DNA of 64,000 nucleotides, taken from the NCBI GenBank assembly GCA_027311705.1, contig DAICYJ010000133.1:2217-66216 (forward strand), written 5' to 3'. The position numbers were made by a program, and so were the translations under genes. Below are positions 19,547-29,885 of the stretch, piece after piece. The stretch comes from Novosphingobium sp. Lineage in GTDB: Bacteria; Pseudomonadota; Alphaproteobacteria; Sphingomonadales; Sphingomonadaceae. Numbering within the stretch: position 1 is the stretch's first letter; each line of letters starts with the position of its first letter. The notes beneath the pieces are model-generated. The model was given only the letters and a program-made list of their open reading frames with translations. It searched no databases and was not told where the DNA came from.

Positions 19547-20440
19547 ATGGGTAAAAGCTTCAAGGACACCCTGTTCGATCTGGTGCCGCCGGCGATGGTG
19601 GCACTGGTCGTGGCGTTCTGGGCCTATGCGCCTGCCGCCTGGGTGGAAAACACCTGGACGCTGATCATCGTCAGCTCGTCTATCACGGCGATCGTGCTCG
19701 GCCTCGAATTCGTTCATGAGCGCCACCCCGGCTGGAGGATGAACTGGCGCGAGTTTTTCACCGACCTGTTCTACGTGGTGCTGATGGCGACGGTCATTTC
19801 GAAGGCCGCCAATTTCCTGGCCGAAGATCCGTTGAAGGCGGCCAAGGAATCGCTGGGTATCGCCACGCCGTGGATCGAGCATTCGCCGTGGTTGTTGCAG
19901 GTGGCGCTGGTCGTGTTTCTGGTCGAATTCGGCCAATATTGGATGCACCGGCTGATGCACAATTCCACGCCATTCTGGCTCACCCACGCACCGCATCACC
20001 ACCTTACCCAGCTGAACGCGATGAAGGGCGCGGTCGGCAATCCGATCGAGCTGTTCCTCATCAGCTTGAGCGTGATTGCGCTGATCGATTTCCAGACGAG
20101 CGCTGTGTTTGCCGCATTCGGCGTAACTGGCGTGGTATCCACCTTTGCCCACGCCAACGTGCGCTCCGATCCGCCGCTGTTCTATTCCTACATTTTCACC
20201 ACGATCCGCCATCACAGCCTGCATCATTCGGTGCCGTATGAGGATACGCGCTGCAATTACGGCAATTCGCTGATCCTGATCGATCGTGTGTTCGGCACCT
20301 ATCGCGAAGGTGAGGCCGATGTCGTCGGGCAGGAAGAACGCAAGCGGTTGTCGATCCGCGAACAGTGGATGTTCCCGTTCATGCCCGTGATCGCGATGCT
20401 GAAGAACCGGCAGGGCAAGTCCGCCGCGGCAGGAAACTGA
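19547..20440 (+). CDS. sterol desaturase / fatty acid hydroxylase family protein
   Basis: His boxes HRLMH, HAPHH, HAN, HHSLHH; TM helices. Confidence 0.9.
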   Translation: MGKSFKDTLFDLVPPAMVALVVAFWAYAPAAWVENTWTLIIVSSSITAIVLGLEFVHERHPGWRMNWREFFTDLFYVVLMATVISKAANFLAEDPLKAAKESLGIATPWIEHSPWLLQVALVVFLVEFGQYWMHRLMHNSTPFWLTHAPHHHLTQLNAMKGAVGNPIELFLISLSVIALIDFQTSAVFAAFGVTGVVSTFAHANVRSDPPLFYSYIFTTIRHHSLHHSVPYEDTRCNYGNSLILIDRVFGTYREGEADVVGQEERKRLSIREQWMFPFMPVIAMLKNRQGKSAAAGN

Positions 20441-20453
20441 CCTGCTGGGCACC

Positions 20454-22046
20454 GTGGACGACAGCGCCGTTCTGACCCGCCACCGCGACATGATCGCGGC
20501 GGCCAGACAAGCGCTGTCGCACGGGGACTTTCCGGAGGCTGGACGGCTGGCGGCTTCCGCCGTCGCGCAATATCCGGATGCGGCGGAGGGCCACTTCCTC
20601 CTCGGCGTGGCAGAGGCGGGCGTCGGCCGCATTCAGGTGGCGATGGGGCATATTGCCCGCGCGATCGGCAACGACCCGCAAGGCGAATATCGCGCCCAGC
20701 TCGCCAAGTTGCAGATCCTTACGCGGCAGGATGGGGAAGCGGCAGCCACGCTGCAACAGGCGGAAAGCGCGCCTCCCGCCGATGCCCTCAGCCGCGACAC
20801 GATGGGCTGCGTCTATGCCCGGCTGGGCGATCACGCCGCCTCGCTGCCGCACTTTGCCGAAGCGGTGCGGCTGAAGCCGGCGAACGCCGAATATCGCTAC
20901 AACCATGCCGTCGCGCTGAATTTCCTTGGCCGCGTGGACGAAGCCGAAGCCGCGCTAGATGCCCTGATCACACTAGCACCCGGCGATGCCCGCGCGCACC
21001 ATCTGCTTGCCAGCCTGCGCACCCAGACCCCGATGCGGAACCACATCGCGCAACTGGGTGATGCCTTGGGCAGGGCGAAGGCACCGCGTGACCGGCTGTT
21101 GCTGGGTTATGCCTTGTCCAAGGAGCTGGAGGATACCGGTGATCGCGCTGCCGCCTTTGCGCGGCTGGCCACAGCGAACGCGGAGCACCGCGCTGCGCTG
21201 GCTTATACCTTCGCCACCGATGCGGCCAATTTCGATGCGGTGGAGCGGGCTTGGCCCGCTATTGCCGAGGCACCCGCCGGCGAACCCGCGCCCGATGCGC
21301 CGATTTTCATCATCGGCATGCCGCGCACGGGCACCACGCTGGTCGACCGCATCCTGTCTTCGCACCCCGATGTGGAAAGCGCAGGCGAATTGCAGGCCAT
21401 GCCGCTGGCGGTGAAAATGGCATCGGGCACGCGCAGCCGGACGGTGCTTGATCCCGAAACCATCGCGGCTGCCGCACAGGCCGACATGTCTGCCATCGGC
21501 GGCGATTACCTGCGCCGCGCCCGTTCGCACCAGCGCGATGAGGACCGGCGCTTTACCGACAAGTTTCCGGGCAATTTCCATTATGCCGGCTTCATCGCGC
21601 AGGCGCTTCCCAGTGCGCAGATCGTGTGCCTGCGCCGCCACCCGCTCGACACGGTGCTCGCCAATTTCCGCAATTTGTTCGCCGTCGGCTCGCGCTATTA
21701 TGACTACAGCTACGACCTGATGGACATTGCGCGCTATTATGCGCGGTTCGACCGCCTCATGGCCTTCTGGCAGCGCGCCCTGCCGGGGCGCATCCTCGAA
21801 GTGCGCTATGAAGACCTTGTGGCCGATCAGGAAGGGGCAAGCCGCCGGCTGGTTGCCCACTGCGGCCTCGCATGGGCGGACGAGTGCCTGGCATTCCATA
21901 CCAACGCAGCCCCCGTTTCGACCCCCAGCGCGGCGCAGGTACGACGGCCCATCTATGCGGATTCGGTTGCCCGCTGGAAAAGCCACGAAGTCGAGCTCAA
22001 GCCGGTCATCCGGTTTTTCGAGCAGGCCGGCATCCCGCTCGATTGA
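20454..22046 (+). CDS. TPR-repeat sulfotransferase family protein
   Basis: N-terminal TPRs; PIFIIGMPRTGTTL PAPS-binding loop; DKFP, RHPLD, YEDLV, STPSAAQVRRPIY. Confidence 0.9.
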   Translation: MDDSAVLTRHRDMIAAARQALSHGDFPEAGRLAASAVAQYPDAAEGHFLLGVAEAGVGRIQVAMGHIARAIGNDPQGEYRAQLAKLQILTRQDGEAAATLQQAESAPPADALSRDTMGCVYARLGDHAASLPHFAEAVRLKPANAEYRYNHAVALNFLGRVDEAEAALDALITLAPGDARAHHLLASLRTQTPMRNHIAQLGDALGRAKAPRDRLLLGYALSKELEDTGDRAAAFARLATANAEHRAALAYTFATDAANFDAVERAWPAIAEAPAGEPAPDAPIFIIGMPRTGTTLVDRILSSHPDVESAGELQAMPLAVKMASGTRSRTVLDPETIAAAAQADMSAIGGDYLRRARSHQRDEDRRFTDKFPGNFHYAGFIAQALPSAQIVCLRRHPLDTVLANFRNLFAVGSRYYDYSYDLMDIARYYARFDRLMAFWQRALPGRILEVRYEDLVADQEGASRRLVAHCGLAWADECLAFHTNAAPVSTPSAAQVRRPIYADSVARWKSHEVELKPVIRFFEQAGIPLD

Positions 22047-22053
22047 GGTCTCG

Positions 22054-24042
22054 TCAATTGCCCCCCGGAGGGTGCAGGCCGGCAATGCGTTCGGCAAGCT
22101 CGGCATTGCGGAACGGCTTGGTCAGGCGTGGGAGGTCCGCCGCGATGCCCGTCGCTTCGGCATAGCCCGACACAATCAGCACCGGGATGCCGGGCCAGCG
22201 CGAACGGACGTTGCGGGCCAGCTCGTCGCCGGTCATGCCCGGCATGAGGTGGTCGGTGACGAGAATGTCGGGCACCGCGCCTGCGTCCATCTGCTTCAGC
22301 GCTTCCTCGGCCGATCCGGCCTCGAGCACTTCATAGCCAAGATCCATCAGCATATCGGCCGTGCTCATGCGGATCAGGGGTTCATCGTCGACCAGCATTG
22401 CGGTGCCGCGCGCGGCGGCCTTGGGCGCTTCAGCTGGGCGGGCGACAGCGCCGGCCATCGCCTCTCCACTGATCGGAAGCCAAAACTCGACCGTGGTACC
22501 CTGTCCCGGCGCGCTGTGAATGACCAAGCCGCCGCCAAGCTGCGCTGCCAGCCCGTGTGCCATCGACAGGCCAAGGCCGGTGCCCTTGCCAATGCCTTTG
22601 GTCGAAAAGAACGGTTCGATAGCCCGCTCGCGCGTCTCTTCATCCATCCCGATCCCGGTGTCGCGAATGGCCAAGCGGATATAGTGGCCCACTGGCAGAC
22701 CTGCAGATTGGGTCATGTCGATGCTTTCGCGCGATGCCGAAATGGTCAGCTTGCCGCCGTTGGGCATCGCATCCCGCGCATTCACACTCAGGTTGAGGAT
22801 GGCCATTTCAAGCTGGTTTGCATCGGCCCTGGCAGGCGGCATATCGGACGCGATTGCGACCCGCACATCGATGGCGGGGCCAAGCGTGCTGCCTATCAGG
22901 CCGGCCATGCCATCGACCAGTTCCCAGATATCGACGGCGGCGGGTTGCAGCGGCTGGCGGCGCGCGAAGGCGAGCAGACGTTGCACCAGCACCTTGGCCC
23001 GCTCGGCGGACTGGAGCGCGCCGTCGATCAGCCTCCGTTCGCGCTCATTGCCCACGCCGCGCCGCATCAGCATATCCAGCGATCCGATGATCGGGGTGAG
23101 CAGGTTGTTGAAATCGTGCGCCACGCCGCCCGTCAGTTGCCCCATGGACTCCAGCTTCTGCGATTGGCGCAGCGCCTCCTGCGTGCGCAACAATTCGGCA
23201 TCGCGCGCCTTTTCGGTGCTGAGATCGCGGCCGATGGCGATGAAATTGCCGTCGTCCGGCTCTGGCGAAACGGTCCATCCGATCGGCTTCCATCCGCCGG
23301 ACGCGGTGGCAATCCTGTTTTCGAAGCGGGTGGGCAATCCCGATTGCGCCATGTCGGCAATGGCGGCGAGCGTCACGGCCGCGTCTTCGGGGTGCATCAA
23401 CTCGGAATAGGGGGTGGCCAGAAGGTGGCCTTCCGACCAACCCAGCACCGTCGTCCAGGCCGGGCTGACGGCCGACATCATGCCTTCGAAATTGGCGCGC
23501 GCCAGCATGTCTTCCGAAAGCACCCACAGGCGGTTGCGCTCCGAAGCTTCGGCTTCGCGCCGCGCCCGTTCGGCAAGGTAATGATCGGACGTTTCGATGC
23601 AGGCGCAAAACAGCCCGGCCACCGCTCCCGCCTCATCGCGAACGGGTGTGTAGGAAAACGCAAAGTGCGATTCATCCGGTCTGCCGGGGCGATGTAGCGT
23701 GAGCTTGATATCGCGCATATGCACGGGAATGCCCGAAGATACCCGATCGAACAGGGGCTTCACATCGACCAGCACTTCGGGCCAAACATCGAAAAACGGC
23801 CGTCCGATCGCCGCCGGATGCCGATCGGCGAGCATCTCCCCGTAGCCATCGTTATAAAGCAGGATGTGGTCCTGGCCCCAGCCGATGAACATGGGTTGCT
23901 TTGCGGCAAGGATCAGCGCGATCAACGTCTTGAGCGGCTGCGGCCAATCCGCAGGCGGACCAAGGGGCGATGCCGACCAATCCGTCGATCGCAAAACTTC
24001 GCCTGCATGCCCGCCACCTGCGAGGAAATCCAGGTCTTCCAT
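22054..24042 (-). CDS. cytoplasmic PAS-PAS hybrid sensor histidine kinase/receiver
   Basis: H-box GGVAHDFNNLL, NARDAM, EPFFSTKG, GTGLGL; C-terminal receiver (LVDDE, TDHLMP, KP). Confidence 0.93.
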   Translation of the reverse strand: MEDLDFLAGGGHAGEVLRSTDWSASPLGPPADWPQPLKTLIALILAAKQPMFIGWGQDHILLYNDGYGEMLADRHPAAIGRPFFDVWPEVLVDVKPLFDRVSSGIPVHMRDIKLTLHRPGRPDESHFAFSYTPVRDEAGAVAGLFCACIETSDHYLAERARREAEASERNRLWVLSEDMLARANFEGMMSAVSPAWTTVLGWSEGHLLATPYSELMHPEDAAVTLAAIADMAQSGLPTRFENRIATASGGWKPIGWTVSPEPDDGNFIAIGRDLSTEKARDAELLRTQEALRQSQKLESMGQLTGGVAHDFNNLLTPIIGSLDMLMRRGVGNERERRLIDGALQSAERAKVLVQRLLAFARRQPLQPAAVDIWELVDGMAGLIGSTLGPAIDVRVAIASDMPPARADANQLEMAILNLSVNARDAMPNGGKLTISASRESIDMTQSAGLPVGHYIRLAIRDTGIGMDEETRERAIEPFFSTKGIGKGTGLGLSMAHGLAAQLGGGLVIHSAPGQGTTVEFWLPISGEAMAGAVARPAEAPKAAARGTAMLVDDEPLIRMSTADMLMDLGYEVLEAGSAEEALKQMDAGAVPDILVTDHLMPGMTGDELARNVRSRWPGIPVLIVSGYAEATGIAADLPRLTKPFRNAELAERIAGLHPPGGN

Positions 24043-24091
24043 TCGATCTTGCCCCACCAGTTCCATCGGCCACACGGATCATTCGACTGCG

Positions 24092-24116
24092 AACCCCGAA
24101 GGGCGATTACGGTTCC
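24092..24116 (-). promoter_or_regulatory. EcfG-type ECF promoter GGAAC-N17-GTT for the hybrid kinase
   Basis: Minus strand GGAAC (24116-24112), 17 nt, GTT (24094-24092). Confidence 0.6.
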
Positions 24117-24142
24117 TGTCGCCTGCCCTTGCCATCCTTGAT

Positions 24143-24167
24143 GGAACCGACGGCGACCACTGCCATT
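24143..24167 (+). promoter_or_regulatory. EcfG-type ECF promoter GGAAC-N16-CATT for the FdhF/YdeP gene
   Basis: GGAAC 24143-24147, CATT 24164-24167. Confidence 0.55.
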
Positions 24168-24232
24168 GGGAGAGCTGTTGCTCAATCGATTTCCGGCGAC
24201 GCGCAGTTCATCCCCGAAGGAGTGCCAAGGCC

Positions 24233-26521
24233 ATGCCGAAAAGTCCAGAAGCCGCGGCGCAGGACATCGAAGTGCCAGAGGCGGCCGGCGGCTGGGGATC
24301 GTTGCACGGAATTCTCAATACCGAATTGTCGCAGAAAGCCGGGCCGGGCGCACTCGATACGCTGCACCACCTGAACAAGCCCGATGGATCGGCCTGCACA
24401 TCGTGCGCCTGGGTAAAGCCGCCCAATCCTTCGGCGTTCGAGTTTTGCGAAAACGGGGCGAAGGCGACGCTGTGGGATCTTACATCGGACCGGTGCACCC
24501 CGGAATTTTTCCAGGGACACACTGTTACGGAGCTGCGGGCATGGAATGCCTATGACCTAGAGCGCGAGGGCCGGCTGACCGAGCCGATGCGGTATGACGC
24601 TGGAACCGACCGCTATGTCCGCACCAGCTGGGCAGAGGCATTCGCCGCGATCGGTGCGCAGTTGCGCGTGATGGACCCCCAATCGGTCACGTTTTACGCC
24701 AGCGGCAAGGCGGCGCTGGAGCCGAGCTATCTCTACGCGCTGTTCGCCCGGATGCTGGGGCACAACAACCTGCCCGACAGCTCGAACATGTGCCATGAAA
24801 CCACGTCGGTCGGCCTCAGGAAAGCGATTGGATCGTCGGTCGGCACTTGCCAGATCGAAGACTTCGAGCATTGCGATGCGATCTTCTACCTCGGCCAGAA
24901 CCCCGGCAGCAACTCCCCGCGCATCCTTCATCCTTTGCAGGAGGCGGTGAAGCGCGGGTGCCGGATCGTCAGCTTCAACCCGCTGAAGGAGGCGGGGCTG
25001 GTCGAATTCGTCAACCCGCAAAGCCCGGTGCAGATGCTGACCGGCAAGGGCACGCGGCTCAGCCACCTGTACCTGCAGGTAAAACCCGGCGGCGACATCG
25101 CGGCGCTGATGGGTGTGTGCAAGCACGTGTTCGGGCTGGATGCGGCGGCGCGGGGCAAGGGCGACGCGCCCTTGCTCGACGACGGCTTTCTCGCTCAGCA
25201 TACAAATGGTTTCGATGCCCTGCGTGCCAAAGTGGACGCGACCGGATGGGACGCGCTGGAAGCGGCGAGCGGGGTCAGCCGTGCCGAAATGGAAGCGGCG
25301 GGCGACGTCTATGCTCAGGCGAAGGCCGTCATCGGCATCTACGGCATGGGGCTGACCCAGCAGGTCCATGGCAGCGAGGCGATCGGGATGCTGGTCAACC
25401 TGCTGCTTTTGCGCGGAAACATCGGCCGGCAGGGGGCGGGGTGCTCGCCCATCCGCGGGCATTCCAACGTGCAGGGCCAGCGCACTGTTGGCATCACTGA
25501 AAAGGTCGCGCTGGCCCCGGTCGACAAGTACCGCGAACTGTTCGAACTCGATACTCCGGCTGAGGATGGACACAATACCGTGCGCTTCCTCGAAGCAACC
25601 ATGGCCGGCACCAACAAGGCCTATATCGGGCTGGGCGGCAACCTTGCGATGGCCGTGCCCGATCATGGACCGGTCCACGCCGCATGGCGGCAGATGGACC
25701 TGACCGTACATATTGCCACCCGGCTGAACCACACGCACTTGCTGCCGGGCAATGATAGCTGGCTGCTGCCCTGCCTCGTCCGATCGGAAGAGGATATGCA
25801 GGAGGCCGGCAACCAGTTCGTCAGCGTGGAAGACAGCTTCAGCCATATCTATTGTTCCAAGGGCAGGCGCACACCTGCCAGCCCGCACCTGCTGAGCGAA
25901 ACGGCGATCATCTGCGAACTGGCCAAGGCGACGCTGCCGTTCCACCCGCGCTGGCTGTGGGATGAATGGCGCGGCGATTATGCCCGCATCCGTGATCTGA
26001 TCGCGCAGACATTCCCCGATCAGTTCGCCGATATGGACCGCCGCATGCACCAGCCGGGCGGCTTCTTTCGCGGCAACGATGCGCGCGAACGGCGCTGGCT
26101 GACGCCAAGCGGCAAGGCCGAGTTCACCGATCCCAGCGTGCTCAATGCCGGCTCGCAAGATGCGCCGGCCGATGCGCTGACGCTCATCACCCTGCGATCG
26201 AACGACCAGTTCAACACGACGATCTACGGCCTTTCAGACCGGTTGCGCGGGCTTGAGGGGAACCGGATGATCGTGCTGCTTTCGCCGTCGGAGATCGCGC
26301 GGATCGGCCTAGCCGAAGGGCAGACGGTTACGCTGGTAACGGCGGTGGACGAAGGCACGCGCCGCGCTGTGTCGGGGTTGCAGGTGGTGGCCTATGACCT
26401 GCCATCCGGCACCGTCGCAGGCTATTTTCCTGAACTCAATCCGCTGGTGCCGCTGTCGCTCAACGAAAAGCTTTCGAACACGCCGGCCAGCAAGGGCGTG
26501 CCGGTCAGGATCGAGGCCTGA
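24233..26521 (+). CDS. FdhF/YdeP family molybdopterin oxidoreductase
   Basis: AGGWGSL, CTSCAW, EFCENGAKA, NNLPDSSNMCHE, RGHSNVQG, TLRSNDQFNTTIYG; AAGGAG RBS. Confidence 0.92.
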   Translation: MPKSPEAAAQDIEVPEAAGGWGSLHGILNTELSQKAGPGALDTLHHLNKPDGSACTSCAWVKPPNPSAFEFCENGAKATLWDLTSDRCTPEFFQGHTVTELRAWNAYDLEREGRLTEPMRYDAGTDRYVRTSWAEAFAAIGAQLRVMDPQSVTFYASGKAALEPSYLYALFARMLGHNNLPDSSNMCHETTSVGLRKAIGSSVGTCQIEDFEHCDAIFYLGQNPGSNSPRILHPLQEAVKRGCRIVSFNPLKEAGLVEFVNPQSPVQMLTGKGTRLSHLYLQVKPGGDIAALMGVCKHVFGLDAAARGKGDAPLLDDGFLAQHTNGFDALRAKVDATGWDALEAASGVSRAEMEAAGDVYAQAKAVIGIYGMGLTQQVHGSEAIGMLVNLLLLRGNIGRQGAGCSPIRGHSNVQGQRTVGITEKVALAPVDKYRELFELDTPAEDGHNTVRFLEATMAGTNKAYIGLGGNLAMAVPDHGPVHAAWRQMDLTVHIATRLNHTHLLPGNDSWLLPCLVRSEEDMQEAGNQFVSVEDSFSHIYCSKGRRTPASPHLLSETAIICELAKATLPFHPRWLWDEWRGDYARIRDLIAQTFPDQFADMDRRMHQPGGFFRGNDARERRWLTPSGKAEFTDPSVLNAGSQDAPADALTLITLRSNDQFNTTIYGLSDRLRGLEGNRMIVLLSPSEIARIGLAEGQTVTLVTAVDEGTRRAVSGLQVVAYDLPSGTVAGYFPELNPLVPLSLNEKLSNTPASKGVPVRIEA

Positions 26522-26533
26522 CCGGCACCGTGC

Positions 26534-27616
26534 TTAGGTGGCCGCCGGTTCGCTGGCGGCCATCGGGCAACCGTTCGTTTTCACACGGAAATCGGCGGAA
26601 TGCCGATAGGCGCGGCGGCGCGCGCGGTTGATCCCGCCCAGCGGGCGGTGCGCAGAAAGCCCGTTCCACGGCGAGAAATGCAGCGTCTCGTCGATGCGGA
26701 GGACCTTGTCGTCGGTCCAGCTGTCCTGCGGTTCGATCCGCAGCGTCGCCACCTGCACGAACGGCGCCTCGGCCTCGTCCCATTCGACGCTGGCATCCTC
26801 GATCGGCTGCTTGTCGATGTCGCGGGCGAGTTGCACCTCGAACGCCCATTCGCCGGTCAGCGTGCGCGCATCCTCGCGCAGGGTTTCGCGCAGTCCGTCG
26901 GGCTTGCCCGATGTATCGATGATCGTTCCCGTCAGCACGGTGAGCGACGGCGACAGCGGGCGCAGGCGAAACTTCGCCACGTGATCGCCATAGCGGAACG
27001 GCGTTGTCGTAAAATAGGTCTCGCCCAGCGGGTGAACCTGCGGCGATCCGCCCATCCCGGCCAGCGCGCTCGATTCAAGCCCCACCTTGCCCAGCGCGCC
27101 GTTGATGAAACCAAGCACTGTCGATAGCGCGACCTTGGCACCTTCCGCGCGATCGGTTGTCGCGGCCAGCAGCTTGAGCTTGCCGGCAAACTTGTCGGGC
27201 GAGGGCACCGCAAAGACCGGGCCGTTGACGAACAGGAAGTCCTGCACCTGGCCCTCGGTGCCGGGCAGCATGTCGCCCGCGACCTGTTCGATCTTCAGCG
27301 CCAGCCCGCGTGGCAACACAACATTGTCGTCAAGGATATCGCCGGGGTTGGTCGAGATGCGCATGGCGGCCGAATAGCTGCCCGCATGTGCGAACAGCCC
27401 TTGCGCCAGTTCCGCAGGCAACGTGCCGTCGACGGTGAACGTGCCTTCGAACAATCCATGCGCCTTGGCGTGAACCGCGCGAACGGCGAAGCCATAGTCG
27501 TTGGCGGTCGTTTCCAGAATGTGGTCGAAGGATTTCTCCAGCGAAGCATCGGTTTCCGCCTCGTCTGGCTGAACCTGTTCCAGATCGTCGGCATAGCGGA
27601 TCGGGGGTGGCAGCAT
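26534..27616 (-). CDS. catalase-like heme protein (short catalase family)
   Basis: RAVHAKAHG (distal His), FSPW, RPLGGINRARRRAY (proximal Tyr); start is 27616 or 27634. Confidence 0.85.
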   Translation of the reverse strand: MLPPPIRYADDLEQVQPDEAETDASLEKSFDHILETTANDYGFAVRAVHAKAHGLFEGTFTVDGTLPAELAQGLFAHAGSYSAAMRISTNPGDILDDNVVLPRGLALKIEQVAGDMLPGTEGQVQDFLFVNGPVFAVPSPDKFAGKLKLLAATTDRAEGAKVALSTVLGFINGALGKVGLESSALAGMGGSPQVHPLGETYFTTTPFRYGDHVAKFRLRPLSPSLTVLTGTIIDTSGKPDGLRETLREDARTLTGEWAFEVQLARDIDKQPIEDASVEWDEAEAPFVQVATLRIEPQDSWTDDKVLRIDETLHFSPWNGLSAHRPLGGINRARRRAYRHSADFRVKTNGCPMAASEPAAT

Positions 27617-27630
27617 CGGGAATTCCTTGG

Positions 27631-29880
27631 TCATGCCGCAGTGGCAAAGGGATCTGGGGCAAAGGGATCGGGCAGGTGCGGCAACACCTTGTCGAGCGTG
27701 ATCGGGAAGCTGCGCACGCGCACGCCGCAGGCATTGTGGATGGCATTGGCGATGGCCCCGGCCGCGCCGCAGATGCCTAGTTCGCCGACGCCCTTGGCCT
27801 GCAGCGGACTGGCGGCGGCGTCGCGTTCCTCCAGCAGGATCACCTCGATGGCCGGCACATCGGCGTGCACAGGCACGTGGTATTCGGCCAGATCGTGGTT
27901 GACGAGGTGCCCGTCGCGCAGGTCGAACGCCAGTTCCTCGGTCAGTGCGCTGCCGATGCCCCACACCATCCCGCCAAGGCACTGCGATCGCGCGGTCTTG
28001 GCGTTCAGCACCCGGCCGAACCCGAACGCGCCCGTCATCCGGCGCACCCGCGTTTCGCCGGTAAAGGCATGAACCGCCACTTCGGCAAAGAACGCGCCAT
28101 AGCTCGCCTGCGCATAATCCAGCGCGGTCTTGCCCGGTTTGATCGAACCGATCTCCGCGATATCCCCACCGTCCAGCAGATGTTCGAGCGGGCTCGAAGT
28201 GTCGCCGCTAGAAGCGACCCCGTCCTTCAGGTCGAGCGCCTCCGCGTCGCAACCCAGCTTGTCCGCGAGCTTGGCACGGATCGCCTCGCAGGCGCGCATC
28301 ACGGCAGAGCCGGTGGAGATCGCGCCGAAACTGCCGCCCGATCCAGCGCCTGCCGGCAGGCTGGTATCGCCCAGCACGACCGTGACGCGCGCAATCGGCA
28401 GCCCCAGCATCTCGCCGGCGATCTGGCCCAGAATGGCATAGGAACCGGTGCCGATATCGGTCTGGTCGGTTTCGACCAGTGCCGTGCCATCGGCCTTGAG
28501 CGTCACCCGCGCTTCTGCCGGGATGAGCATGTTGACCCGCGCCGCGCTGGCCACGCCCATGCCGATCCACCAGTCGCCCTCGCGGCTTTGGCATGGCTGC
28601 GCGTTGCGCTGATCCCACCCGAACGCCTGTGCGCCCTGTTCCAGCGCCTCGACCAGCATGCGCGAGGAATAAGCGGTGCCTTGCACCGGCACCTTGCCCG
28701 GCAGGTTGCGCTTGCGCAGTTCGATGGGGTCGATGCCGATCTTTTCCGCCAGCTCGTCCATCGCGGCTTCCAGCACCTGCATACCCACCGCTTCGCCGGG
28801 TGCGCGGACCGATCCCGCGGTCATGCGGCTGATGCGCGCAACGTCGACCTTCAGCAGCCGGTTGTCGCCGCCATAAAGGAATTCGGTGGCCTGGGTCACC
28901 GGCTCGGCAAACTGTTCCTTGGGCAGGTTGGAGACCAGCGCCTCATGCCCCAGCCCGATCAGCTTGCCACCCGCGTCGCAGGCCAGCCGCACGCGCTGCC
29001 GAGTTTCGGAACGGCGCATCACGGCTTGGAAAACCTGCTGCCGCGTCATCACCACCCGCACCGGACGGCCCAGTTCCTTTGCCGCAATCGCCGCGGCAAC
29101 AGCCTCGTGCGTGATGCCCAGCTTTGACCCAAATCCACCGCCAACGTAGGGCGAGAGAATGCGCACTTTCTTCGGCGAGATCGACAGGCAATCCGCGATC
29201 TCCTTCACATTATAGGCCAGCATCTGATAGCTGCCGCGCAGGATCAGTTTGTCATCCTGCCACTCTGCAATTGTGGCATGTGGCTCCATCGCCGCGCTGG
29301 CATGTCCGGGCGTGTCGTATTCCACGTCGACGCTGAACGCTGCGTTTTTCATAGCCTTGTCGAGGTCGCCGCCCTTCACCGCCTTGCGGTCGGGCGCTTT
29401 CTCCACCTTGGCGTCGGGGCTTTCGGGATCGAACGGGATCGGCGATTTCGCCGCCTTGTATTCCACCTTCAGTGCCAAGGCCGCATCGCGGGCCTGTTCA
29501 AAGGTTTCGGCCACCACGAGTGCCACCGGCTGGCCGAAGTATTCCACTTTCGCCACGTCTTGCGCGGGTGCCTTGCCAGCCGTCCCCTGCGCGGGGCGGC
29601 GCAGCATGGCCTTGTCGGCCAGCACGGCGAGCACGCCCGGCATCGCCAGCGCGGCTTTGTCGTGGATCTTCGTCACCTTGCCTTGTGCGATCGAGGCGAG
29701 CACCAGCACACCGTCCACACATCCGGGCAGTTTCCATTCGGCAGCATAGGTCGCCGAACCGCTGACCTTGAGCGGACCTTCGGGTCGATCGAGCGGCTTG
29801 CCGATGATGCCCTGCCGCGTGTGATCGAGCAGGTTGCGTTCGTCGGGCTTGTTGTACAGGTCCGCAAGGGGGAGGCGCAT
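27631..29880 (-). CDS. paoC: xanthine dehydrogenase family Mo-binding subunit (PaoC/YagR-like aldehyde oxidoreductase)
   Basis: KVSGSATYAAE, VGGGFGSK, RAPGE, DIGTGSY, KGVGELG. Confidence 0.88.
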   Translation of the reverse strand: MRLPLADLYNKPDERNLLDHTRQGIIGKPLDRPEGPLKVSGSATYAAEWKLPGCVDGVLVLASIAQGKVTKIHDKAALAMPGVLAVLADKAMLRRPAQGTAGKAPAQDVAKVEYFGQPVALVVAETFEQARDAALALKVEYKAAKSPIPFDPESPDAKVEKAPDRKAVKGGDLDKAMKNAAFSVDVEYDTPGHASAAMEPHATIAEWQDDKLILRGSYQMLAYNVKEIADCLSISPKKVRILSPYVGGGFGSKLGITHEAVAAAIAAKELGRPVRVVMTRQQVFQAVMRRSETRQRVRLACDAGGKLIGLGHEALVSNLPKEQFAEPVTQATEFLYGGDNRLLKVDVARISRMTAGSVRAPGEAVGMQVLEAAMDELAEKIGIDPIELRKRNLPGKVPVQGTAYSSRMLVEALEQGAQAFGWDQRNAQPCQSREGDWWIGMGVASAARVNMLIPAEARVTLKADGTALVETDQTDIGTGSYAILGQIAGEMLGLPIARVTVVLGDTSLPAGAGSGGSFGAISTGSAVMRACEAIRAKLADKLGCDAEALDLKDGVASSGDTSSPLEHLLDGGDIAEIGSIKPGKTALDYAQASYGAFFAEVAVHAFTGETRVRRMTGAFGFGRVLNAKTARSQCLGGMVWGIGSALTEELAFDLRDGHLVNHDLAEYHVPVHADVPAIEVILLEERDAAASPLQAKGVGELGICGAAGAIANAIHNACGVRVRSFPITLDKVLPHLPDPFAPDPFATAA

Positions 29881-29885
29881 GGGGG

